From contig CM082589.2 in the NCBI GenBank assembly GCA_040954595.2, positions 1,851,910 through 1,915,909 of the forward strand: a DNA stretch of 64,000 bases, written 5' to 3'. The notes below the pieces were generated by a model. It saw only the letters and a program-made list of their open reading frames with translations. It did not search any database and had not been told where the DNA came from. Numbering within the stretch: position 1 is the stretch's first letter; every line of letters starts with the position of its first letter. Position numbers and translations under genes: made by a program. Below, in pieces: positions 25,501-37,100 of the stretch. Source of the stretch: Balanoglossus misakiensis (lineage: Eukaryota; Animalia; Hemichordata).

Positions 25501-28500
25501 CATGGTATTTGTCATCACATCAGGACTTTGCCATACGCCATCATGAATGAACAGGGTAAGATTCCGAATATAGCTTTACACGCGAAAGGGTTGGGCATGT
25601 TCTCCGGGTTGATTTCGCTATAAATCAACGCATTCAGGACATGAACGCTTGTCCCCACTGCATGAAAAATTAAAGGGGACATTCGCCGTCGGTTCTGTCA
25701 GTACGCTTTGCTCGGTTGCAAAAATTGAAGTTCCCTATAGGACTCGAGTTGCGTTTGCGATAATTTAAGCCTAGGAAATGAGTACCACCTGTTGAGTCGC
25801 TGACAAGTATATGGTTCGCATGAGTCAGAACTTGTTTGCCAGACCATCATTTTTATGCATTTGATAAAACCTTCATAAACCTATTAATGGCATATTTGAA
25901 TTTCTCTGTGTCCGTATGTTTGAGCGTCGAGCATCGCCCCCCCCCCCTCCTCCCGCGACGGATTGTTGGCCACGACTTTCCGAAAAGCCATTAACTGCGA
26001 GGATTGTAATTACAGTCGTCGAGCGGGGCCCACAAGCATATGGTTGCCGTTCTTAAATCGTATGCAATTAACCCGAACCAAATCTGAACAGTATGGAAGT
26101 GAATTTTGAAGGATCGGGGAGATATTAATGACTCATCTGAAAAAAACAACAACATCACGGGTCACCGAAGGGAGGGGACGTTGTTGCAACACATGGAAAC
26201 GGAGTAAAAAATTTACATGTTAAAATAAAATTATTTTCGCGAGAACACAAATGTTCCACGAATTGAACCGTAAGTGACACGATTAGACGAAATTCTCTCG
26301 GCAAACGAAATGAAAACAAGAATCCATATGCATTCCGCCTGGTAAGTCCACAGGGTAAATATGATTCAAAAATAAAATCCAGGGTGTTTCTTTCGCGGGG
26401 ATTAACAAATAAAAAGCCTTGTTTCTTTGTAAGTGCCGAACCAAAACGAAGGTCGTGCAGTATACTTTCAGGTCATTGCATTGTCGGTTTGTTACTGCAG
26501 CGTACAATGAAGTTTAACCCTGCGTCGATGTGTCACAGCGCGGATGGATACAAACGCGCGCGCCATGGTCGGCCGAATCAAATCGATGGCTTGGATGTAG
26601 GCCTAGAAGGCACGCGAGAGACTAGACTCTATAGCAGTCGCTGTGCCTGTCGATATGAATGGAACTTTCATCATACTGTGTAAAAAATCTCAAATGTCAA
26701 ACATGGACATCTGTGTGTTATGAATGGGAAATATTGAAACGTCAAACAGGAGCATATTGGATGTGGCAATAAAAGTTGAATGAGATCTGCGCGAGGGATG
26801 CGGGCTAAATGTGCAACTTCTCTTTTATGTGCATGAAATTAATTTTCCCGTTACAAATGCGATGCAAATTTAAATAAAATTGTCTAAAATTAAGCATGCG
26901 GTAAGGAAGGGTACAATAACAAAGTACAGACTGAGACTGGTTGCACTGAAATAAAAACAAATCCGAAATGGAAAGAGGGCAACTCGCAGAATCAAAAACA
27001 ACAAGCTGATACCCAAAATTATATTCCAAATAGTAGTCGTAGTATTAGCATTGGTGGAGACAACAACACTGCTCTATTTCAAAACAAAAACGTGGGCTGT
27101 CACTACCAGATGTGACACAGTCATATTATACAAAACAAACAAAGAGGTCATAGTGGTGTAAAATGACGAGAGAGACCGCGTGACAGAGCAGAGATGGGCA
27201 GACGGACAGACACTCCATTATTTCTCAATCATATTGAAAATTAAAGCAACGATGACCACAAGTTTCGACGAAACAAGAGTGGCTGTGTCATCTTGAATAT
27301 TGATGAAAATTTCCTACAAAGCAGAGTAGGAGAACTTGCCCAGAGCTTGGAAATACGAGAATTCACTGGCAGATTGCGAAGGGTCGGTTTGATATGACAG
27401 GTTTGCACGATCCATCAACTTAACCACAAAATGCAACTGTCCACGTTACGTGAACGATGGACAATCCATAGACCGTAAAAGGGGGCTGGTTATAGCAAAA
27501 TGTGAACTGCTTTATTAGGAACTGCTTTGCATTTCATGTTTTGATGTTGCGGTGTGTCATAATTCAAAATATGACAGCCGATCTATTGTTCCGCGACGGA
27601 TGAACTTTTCGCCTTGACCTACTGGAACCAAGCCGACCCCAGTAATTCTAAAAACAGAAATGTCAGTTACTTTTGTGTGCCTCCGATGGTGAAAGAGCAT
27701 AGAATCGTGTTTTTTCACCCAATTCATTGTGTCAGTTTTATGAATATTCTGTGCTCTTCACGGGATGGGACACCTGTTGCCATCAGACGCTTCAAGCTTC
27801 AGTTGAGCATGATATCCATCTTTTGAGCGCTTGCGCACAGCCCAACTCAACAAATAAGGCATCTTACAAGCTGACGACTCCCCCTTTCTCGTGTAAACAG
27901 TTTCCTATAAAAATACAAAATAAATATTTTGATGTATGCGTGTATGTTTTCACTTCGGAAATCGTGCGCAGTATCTGCATAATTTTGCTTGTTTGCCCTC
28001 TCTCTTTCCCCCACCCCCTCCCCTCATCCGTTGGTACCCTGAAACTATCAATTAGTTTCCATGGTGACTGATCGCTCTGTTGAGTGCGCGGTATCAGACG
28101 CGAGCCGTCTTTGCGCGCGGAACGAACCAAAAGCTGGGCATTGTTCAGAAAGCGTATGTTTAGTCGCATGCTCGCAGAAATCGAAATATGGCACCGCTAT
28201 GCGTCTATAATCTGATAGACATGGTTAAAATCCATCACAGATTACCGTCTGTCATGGGAAATACAAAACTTTCGCATTTCAGTGTAGAAAATACTGCACA
28301 ATTTGAATGCAATGTAGTTGTAGAAACTGAAGTGTACAAAGATTCAATGGAACATGTTTTAGCAGAGATGTATGAGAAAAAAACGTTCTCTTGTGCATTT
28401 AAAATCGATTAGAATTGTGTATTCGCCGATTGAAATTCTTACAAAGGGTGGCATCCCCACTACCAACTGGAGATTTTATCAGGTCGCCTATGAGTTTCCG

Positions 28501-29450
28501 TTTGAATAAATATTGCTATTGGGTTCAGAAAATTCGCCACAGATGTCGATGGGTTTTACTATGTACACATCGAACGCTTGTGTGCGTGTTAATATCTTTT
28601 GGGGTTGTGGAAAAGCTTCTATCGTAAGACGCATGCGTGCATGCGGCGATGATATCATTGGGGTAGCGTCTTTATCATCAATGGAGCAAACTTTGACACG
28701 ATAAATTGTTACGCTATCGCAGTCTGGGTCATGAAGTTTGGGGGCAAAGGTTAGGCTGACTAATAAAACAGGATTATTAGCAAATTCGTTCGACAAGTGC
28801 TTGAGAGTTTGAGTTCGGGTGGGTCACCATTGTACACTAATCATGCTAATGAAGGAAAATGTTAGTTTGAAATCAAGAAACTCAAGGTAAAATCGTTAAT
28901 TTTCGTACTTACTACGCAGAAATACGCACGAGGCTTTCTATAAACCATTTGACAGTCACACTATCATTTTACTTATCATTTACCAATTTTCCTTAACTTG
29001 AAAACTGTGGTTATTCAACAGAAAGGGGGGAAAAGCATTAGCATGTTTACTAGCGTGATAAAAACTGCAAAAGACCAAAACCAAACATCATTTGTGCGCG
29101 AGTTTAGCCAAGATAAGATGAAGGCATTCCCGCCCATCTACGTTTAGTAATGAGTTGTATTTACTGATTTCTGGCCAGATAAATTCTGTCAAAATTTGCC
29201 GATAGTGTCGTTGATAGTGAATAAAGACGCGGCGTGATAACGCCCGCATGCCTGGGTTGACAGCGACAACCAGATACGATGCACAGGTTTGGTTGAAACT
29301 CACAAGCGGGCAAGGTTTTTACGTGTGCGTGGTTGCCCACTAAGTGTCAAACAGAATAAAGGCGACCCATATGAAGATACCAGTATGAAAAAAGGCCAAT
29401 AAAGTGAAGAAACAACATCCACATTCATTTAATAATCGAGTCAGTAATGC

Positions 29451-29456
29451 TTTATT
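29451..29456 (-). terminator. Probable TGIF polyadenylation signal AATAAA (proximal alternative at 29877-29882)
   Basis: TTTATT on + about 835 nt downstream of the TGIF stop, in an AU-rich 3'UTR-like stretch. Confidence 0.5.
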
Positions 29457-30289
29457 ATTGCTGAACACGTTCTTCGTAAAAGTAAAACACGATAATAATA
29501 TTCTATGTACAAAATTTCATTATGGCCGTTTAAAAATGGTAAACGTAAATTGTATGCTTCCATGGCTACGGGGGGATTATTCGTATGCAAATTTAAGTAA
29601 CGCTATATTTTGCAAAGCCCGCACATGTGGCGAAATTTCATTGGTCGGCACCAGGAGTTATCTTTCAAATAAAAAAAAACGTCTGCTCGAAAATGATTTG
29701 GACAAAAGTCGAACAAAAATATCAGTATATGAATATATATCGCTTTTCATGTCTTTAATATAACAGGCCACGGTGATCGAAACTCAATTGGTAAAAATTC
29801 ATATGTAAAAATACCTCATTACAATTGCCTCCTATGAAGCTATACATTCCGTCTCTTTAATGGACACGCCGTGTGTTTTATTTGAATGCAATAAAACTGG
29901 TAAGCAAGTTAGATCTCTATAAAAATATCAAAAATGAAAAGAGTACGAAAACTGCGTAGATATCCAAATCTGCTAGGGTCTCGGAAAATCAGATATTAAA
30001 ATAAAATCTTCTGCTGGGTCATGCCAACAGTTTATCTAAAAATAAGTTGGCATCTAAGGCACTAAAAATACTCGCTACGCGAAATACTGTTTTTAAATAA
30101 CGGTTGATAAATAGGTAGGTACCTATAAGAATAGGATACGAAAAAAATAATGTCCTCCACTGGAGGAGTTTAGTCCAAACGACAAGGCACATTAATAAGC
30201 TTTCAAGTACTGGTAATACTCGCTTGCCCCCCGAGTTCATCGAAATGTCAGTGTTCATTGAGTTGGTGTGAACTTTCGGGTGGATGACG

Positions 30290-31317
30290 TCACGCCCTCA
30301 AGGGTTGAGCTGTCATAGTTTGTTGTTTGAGTTGTTGTCTCTCCTCCCGTTCTAACTCCTTCATCTGGCTGATGGCGACGTCGACGAGGATTCTGAAGCG
30401 GGAGAATACGTCCTCGTCGCGAGCTGGGGGCGACGGGGGAGGGGTCTGCTCGGTGGGGGGTGGTGGCGGTGATACGGTGCGATCGGTGGCTCGCTTATCA
30501 GATTCGAGCCTGTTACCGGTGCTCAACCGGGCAAAGTCCGCTTGTGTTTGCGCTGGTGCTCTGTTTGTCAAAGTGCTGCTGTCAACATAATTGTAACAAC
30601 TCGTCTGGGTAGTTATATGCACGTTGCTCCTGTAATTATTACACTTGTCATAGTCGGTGGCCGTGACCGTGTTTATCGAACCGTAACAGAGACGTTGGTA
30701 CTGCTCCGACTTTGTTGGTGCGGGCGCAAGGTTGCGGCACGAACTGTCACTGTCCTCTGATGATGGGGGGTACGACGGCATCGTGAAGTATGGAGGAGGG
30801 GCGTACGCACACGAGTCTGCTGGGTTGTACGGAGGGGTGTCCGGCGCCTTGTTTGGGTGAACTTTCTTAGAGTCGGGCGACTTCGTGTCTTTCATTATTT
30901 TGCGACTGATCTTCGGGTGTCTCGTGTGTTTCTCTTTCTTGATCGGGGAGGATGATGTGAGCTGTGGTTTGGTGTGGTTCTTGCGGCTGATGGTGTACTC
31001 CGTTGGGTCGCGACCGTCTCGCCGGATCATCTCTGGCAGCACCCGTCTCCTGGCGTTGATGAACCAGTTACACACCTGTAGAATAGTGAGATTCGCCTGG
31101 CGCGAAAGATACAGCTTCTCCTGGTCGCTAGGATACGCGTTCAGCCGATGATCATAGAGCCAATTTTTCAGCACATTAACAGCGTCTTTAGGCAGGTTGC
31201 CTCGCCGCTTCTTCGCCAGGGCTGAGTCTGATCGACTCTTTTTGCTGGAAACAGACATGTCCATGTCGTAGGCATCCTCAAACTCGTTGTCAAGGTAACG
31301 GTGCTTTGAGCTGCGCA
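30290..31317 (-). CDS. TGIF: TGIF (TALE-class homeobox corepressor), main coding exon
   Basis: Homeodomain [33 protein letters not shown]...[33 protein letters not shown] has the TGIF-type AYP loop, WFINARRR and post-homeodomain extension. The C-terminal TPPPSPP...[11 protein letters not shown] resembles the TGIF Sin3-interaction region. Acceptor ttttcatattttccacag| ends at 31318, phase 1. Confidence 0.97.
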
Positions 31318-31576
31318 CTGTGGAAAATATGAAAAAAGAGCGTTAGCATATAGAAGGCCTAGTTTTCTATTGTAATTTAAACGGCGACGTCATTAAAAAT
31401 CTCTCTATATGTCGCCTTTGTGCACATGTCACATCCAAGGGTGAGAGACAACTGTTTCGGGAAGATATATACGAGTATACGGTCATTAAATTTAACAGGG
31501 CCAGCTCGGAAGGGCTTCCGACAGCGAGAAAAATTCAGTCTGGACTAGTTGCATTGATGAAGTCGTTGAAAGGTGG

Positions 31577-31964
31577 TGACATTGTCAGAGAGTATAACCC
31601 CCACGGTGTCAAAGTTGATGGGTGTGAAGTACGAGACAACTGGTCGGCGTCCAACTCGTTGACAAGTTGGTATGTCAGTCAGCAAGCTCAGCTTCTGTCA
31701 AACCAGGGATATGCGTGTGTGGGTGGGTGTTCCTAACGATTGCCAGTTTATACACACCGCACCTTGACCATGTCCAAATGTCAAGACCAGCGCGGTGAAG
31801 GATGACTTTTTGAATAAACCGAACAACTAAAATTAACACGAAAACATCCGCGATGGCCTCGACGATGACAACCACGCGTCACTGAAAAATGTTTTTGACA
31901 ACGTTTACACGATATACAACGCTGTCATTAGTGACACATTACAAGCCCGTGTTTGCTTTTGACA
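31577..31964. promoter_or_regulatory. Homotypic TGACA/TGTCA (TGIF/MEIS core) cluster in TGIF intron 1
   Basis: 12 copies counted by hand in about 390 bp: 31577, 31583, 31607, 31660, 31673, 31696, 31779, 31866, 31896, 31923, 31932, 31960. Confidence 0.55.
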
Positions 31965-32878
31965 AGCAAACACTGTACTCTCTGCGACTTTCTTTCTTGA
32001 TACAAAAGTTTAATTTAATTGGAATGAATAATTTATGAATTTCTCGGGCGATGAAACCAGTTTTCATTTCGAGCTTTTGTTACATCTATTTATTTTTAAC
32101 GAACTAAACACTTTCAAAATATCAAAATTCTATCAGCGACGCGTGCTATCTTCGCCGCCAAAACTAGGACGGGTTTTACTACTATATGAAAAACCACGCA
32201 AGCGTGCAACGATAACAAGCACAACGTGGAGTATAATCATGTACCGGACAGTGTGATTAGAACATCCCGCCTACAAATTGCCTTATCACTCGTTAGCACA
32301 ATAACTCGTGTGCATATCAAGTTTCACATGCCAAGACACGATTCCCCCCCCTCTCCCCCATCGCAGACAAGCTGGGGGTGAAATTGAAGTGGATGCTAAA
32401 TTGAGGAAGCCGCGGACAAAAACTCGACAAAAGAAGTCGCATTCAGAATGGAGGCCCTTGTGAATATTCGCGATGCGGGTTCATTTAGCGACAAAAGATA
32501 ACCCCCTTGTTGGATCTAAACCAGAAACGACAACAATTTATCTTACAATTTGCAACAAGCGCTGTAGTAAAAAAAATGGTCGTACCCCCCCCCCCCCCCA
32601 AACTGCCAGGTCACCCTACGCCTCCCATCGCGTCCTAAAAGGGGCATTTCCCATTTCGCGTGACCATACTGCGCGCTTCCTCGCGCGTCGCGTCACAGAG
32701 GCAATAATAAACTCCTTTTGTCTAAAAACAAAAGACCAACGGAAGACAATTTTGTCTGCTAAATTTAAGCCAGCCGGAAGCGAAGCAAAAGAAGCGTGTA
32801 CGAAAACGTAGAATGGTTTGTGTTTTCACAATTAGGGCACGGGGGAACGACGCGATCTTCATCATTCAAGTGTCTCAC

Positions 32879-33125
32879 CTGAGTTGGCGATCGGTATGCG
32901 CAAACAGGGAGAATCGTAATATATGTTTTGACACTTGGGGGGCTTCGTGGCCGAAAGTTGGAACTCGTCCTTAGAAAAGTACACAAAGGCAACGTGTTTG
33001 TAAAGAAACTGACATGGTACAGCGAGCAAGGTCGAAACTTGGTCCGGGTCGGCCAGACATGATAACACAGCGCCCCTCACCCGAGGAATTTTCTTTTGTC
33101 TGGACAGGCTGACCGAGGGGGGCAT
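32879..33125 (-). CDS. TGIF: Candidate alternative TGIF first coding exon giving an 82-aa N-terminal extension
   Basis: ATG at 33125 in ORF 32862..33248, donor CAG|GTGAGA at 32878. The 247 nt give phase 1, in frame with the main exon. Confidence 0.35.
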
Positions 33126-33885
33126 CAAGCCTCCTCGTGACCGTGATGTGATCGCTTGTTTTTCTCGATGACAGTGCCATCGACTTCGAAAACAGTCGGT
33201 CACGCGATCGAAGACGCAAAAGGAAACGCGAAACACACCTCGAGTCAAAATGTTCCTTCATTGTTGACAATTTTGTAAATTATTTACGTTCATATGAGAC
33301 CAATATTGCACAAGCCAAACACACACGCGACCACGGCGAACAAGTAAAGCTCTTCAAATATGCCAGCAATTCAAAATAACAGCATGAGCGACACTCGACA
33401 ATGTTCATTTCATTATGAGACTGAAATTAATTTGGCAAGCTATCAGACAAAGACCACTGCAACCATTCGCTTTTCCCAGCACTGCAGCCAACTCAAGCAT
33501 ATGGTTACTTGGTCGTTTTCGAGTGGATATTGAAATCCCCTTACGGCATTGAGCGTACTAAAAATAGCCCCCTACTGGCAAAATGCTTTCATAACTACCA
33601 GGACTGCACGCTACAAAGCATTAAATTTGCGTTAAAAATGCTGGTATGTCTTCAGCAAATGAGCAATGATAACCAGTGGAACACATTCACGTTGGAAAAA
33701 AATCCGAACACAATCTACACTCAAATCATATGTTTAGCTACCTATGCTTGTACACCTTTTTATGTGAACACAGTCTAGCAACAGGTACAATGATGACATG
33801 TGTGTTTTGCCGAGAGTTGTAAAACCGTACATAAAAATGTCAAAGGCACGTCAGGCGTACACGAAACTGACCAGAAAATACTCAC

Positions 33886-33901
33886 CTCTTTTTGGTTTCA
33901 T
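33886..33901 (-). CDS. TGIF: TGIF first coding exon (ATG AAA CCA AAA AGA G; MKPKR+G)
   Basis: 16 nt, phase 1, strong donor GAG|GTGAGT. It joins 31317 in frame (G|TG = Val) to give 347 aa and mirrors the short MKGKKG first exon of vertebrate TGIF1. Confidence 0.85.
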
Positions 33902-34074
33902 TCTGGCTGTTGGAACTGGTCGCCTGTTTGTGTTCGCGGGTCTGGAAGACGTTTGACGTATGTTGGCGATGTCAGAGTTGTACAAAATGACAAGTCGTAC
34001 TCTACGGCTGTTGCTTTAGTCGTGGCGTAGTAACCTCGCCAGTGGTCGACTTGCTAGTAGTTGGATGTGTAGTG

Positions 34075-34180
34075 TGACAGCGCGTTTTGACAGCTCTGGG
34101 CCACGTGGGACAACATACGGGTTATTTAAATTCTCATCAGCCAATTAGAGAGCGGGCAAGGTGAGTTGACGCCCCGCCCA
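34075..34180 (-). promoter_or_regulatory. TGIF core promoter
   Basis: Reading on - strand: GC box (34171-34179), CCAAT box (34141-34145), TATA-like TTTAAATAA (34122-34130), E-box CACGTG (34102-34107), then two TGACAGC sites (34088, 34075), about 200 nt before the ATG. Confidence 0.6.
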
Positions 34181-37100
34181 CAGCAAGATGGATAGAGCAG
34201 CGATTACGGTACGGACAATGGGAATAGCTTGCTGCAAACACAATTGATAACTCGTATAGTGTATTCAAAAGGTCAGACGCTGCAGACGAAATCATGTTCG
34301 AACAGCTCCCAACACTTGCTTTCTTTCCATTTTCTCAGTAAAACAATGAAACAGGAAGAACTCCGACTTTTAAGCGAAATAAGCCTCTCAAAACTGAGAT
34401 ACCTTCCGGTGCGTTTTGACACGGCTTTGTTTACAAAGGCTGTGAAATATACAGCAGTGCGCTTGTTTACGAGGCACATGGTTGTGACAAGTGTATACAA
34501 GTGTTATGTTGACACTCGAACGGCGTTTAGCTTTTAACTCGACCTTTCTTTAGTGAAAGATCTCAATAGTGATAATCAGATAATAGCGTCGAGATACACC
34601 AAAATCCGAATCTTAAACTAAGTCAACAACGCCGAATGCAAAAAAAGACCACCAAAATCCAAAATTTAAACAGGCAAAGTCCCCCCTTTCATAGAACAAA
34701 TTTGGGGGAAAGAAATTATGGCGCTGGCAGTTTCTGACAAGTGGTTCAAATAAATCATAGGAAATTGCCTATTCTCAACACCGTGTGTAAAACACTCTGT
34801 ACATGTCCTGCTTGTAATGACACTTCGGCCATACGACGGGACGCGAGAATAAGGGTGGGTAGAGGGCTATTTCTGTCCAGTTTAAAATTTACTGTCTTTG
34901 TTTTCAGTCGTATTTGTTCCGCTGTGGTGAAGGTTCCTCGGGAATGAATATTTGCGGGTTTATTTTTTTTGTATGGTTCAAAGAGATTTGTGACAAATCC
35001 CACTGTTGTTTTGCTCAAGGCTGATCGTACTTTAGACGGTGACCAATAGGGTATACTCTTGGGACCCTGATGAGAAGAGGGGGGGGGGGGTGAACGAGCA
35101 TTTAATTAGAGTCTTTACTAAATTATATGTCATTTAAAGGCAGTCCCATTTCCAGAAAGCTGTTGCAGATACCTCCTTTGTTGAGAATGGGAGGAACAGT
35201 TTGTTTTTCAACGCTAGGGAACAGCTTACGTGAATGGAGGGTAGCGAACGCTTGGTTTCGTCTGGAGCTGTCAAACGTGGCATTGTTCAAAGCGACCACA
35301 GCTTGTCACGATGGCCGGTCCCCCAAAAGGAGGGAGTCACGCGCGTCAGCTGGGTGGGGGGGGGGACAAATGTTTTTAATCACATCTTATTGAAACGGTC
35401 GTCTTTCAATGGTTTCACAATAAAGACGTCTAATTTTAAAGTTGACCATTATTATATATTTGAATAAAGTTATTGATTTCGTTTGTCAGCTAGCTCCGTA
35501 AATTCCAGTTGAGCTCTTCATCAACGGAGATCAACAGCTTGTGTCGTTTCGATTGTCTGGGTTGGAGGAGAGAAATACGGCTAGAAACCCGAATAATTTT
35601 ATCCAGGGTTTGCGAGGGACACGGGCACGGTTGACGTTATCAAGTCTGGAATAATCTGTCAGGCATGGCAATTTTTATTGTGTTGTTTTGTCTCATGACA
35701 ACTTTGCGTTGTCAGAATATAGTTGTCATCTGACGGCCATGCGTCAGACGGAGGACGGATTTGACATTTCTGGTGTGTTCTTTCGCAAAGTTTCACCACG
35801 GCCCTCTTCACAGGGGATCAATACTGGCCAATTGGTATGGGTTTCAATTGATATACAGTATAATTTTGGTCAAAGATTTCCAAATGTCAAAAAAAAAAAA
35901 ACGGCCCCTGGTAAGCCTAATCCTTGCCCGTTGGTCCAACGGCAACACAAAAGTTGACTTTTAATTTATATTATCTTGGGTAAACAAGACGAAGCTTTAA
36001 GAAACAAAAGATACAACAGCTGGGACCCCCTTCTGATCCACGCAAGCCTATTGTCTTCAAGGGGGTACCCGTAAACTTGAAGCTCGGCTGGCTAATCAAT
36101 ACAGCGTCCAAACACCTTGTACATTGAACCCACGCTTGCATTATGTACCAGCAACTGATACATGTTAAAATTTCCCTCAAAATCCACACGCACTGAATAA
36201 CAATGAACTAGACAACACTGCAGAAAACACACAGTTTGTTAAAATATTCTAATTAATCACAAGTGGGTCATTTTTAATGAAAGAATTAAAACCAAATTTG
36301 CAGCGTTGGCACGTGCGAGTGCTTCGTCTGATGAGAGTCTTTTGTCTTGGATTCGAGAACCCCCATTGAGAACGTCTGTTTTTGTTAGACAATACCTGCC
36401 AACGTGCTACGCGTGCCACAGCCCGCAGCCCCCTTTCATTTGTTAATATGACCCATTGTCAGCCGACGTTTCCATTATTCGCTAACACTTCCCTAACTTT
36501 TTGACGTTTCACGACCCAGACAAAAAAACTTACACTCAGTTTTCTTTTCGAGAAAAAAAAGATAATTACATGTGAAGGGTGATCGGATTGGATTTTAATG
36601 ACATGCGGCGAGAATGATACGGGCCGCACTGGTCTGTTTGTTCAACAGTCGGGATGGTCCCCTCCACTCAAACCTCGCGACAAAGCCCTTCCATTTGTCT
36701 GAAACTTAAGATATTTCTGCCTGCATCTCGTAACTGTCTGTCAAAACTGTCTCGTGACAATCGGAGACCCAAACAAGTTCTGTCCGTTGTCTGTGCACGG
36801 CCCCTGTAGTCACCATTGGTCGGTGTGTTACTCACCACAGACTAATACGTCACATTCATAAGACTGTTATGGTGCTTTACGCAATATCGCCAATGGTTAC
36901 TGAGGCGCCGAACAAATAGGGCTAGCGCCGTGTCCACTTATACACAGAAAACAACATTTCACAACCGTAATTTTTACATAAATGGGAAAATTCACGAAAT
37001 GCGCGCATGTGTAATGACCAAAACTGTTCCAGGACCAGGGGAAGTGAATGACCACTCGATTGGCCGGACAACTTTGGTTGCATAAAACTGCCCTAAACTC

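Noticed and set aside
30327-31151. + strand ORFs overlapping TGIF (30327..30590, 30542..30760, 30885..31151)
   Set aside because: Antisense shadows of the GC-rich TGIF coding exon.
31316-31318. GTG start of the 342-aa ORF as the true TGIF start
   Set aside because: The G is the last base of the acceptor AG; the real start is in an upstream exon.
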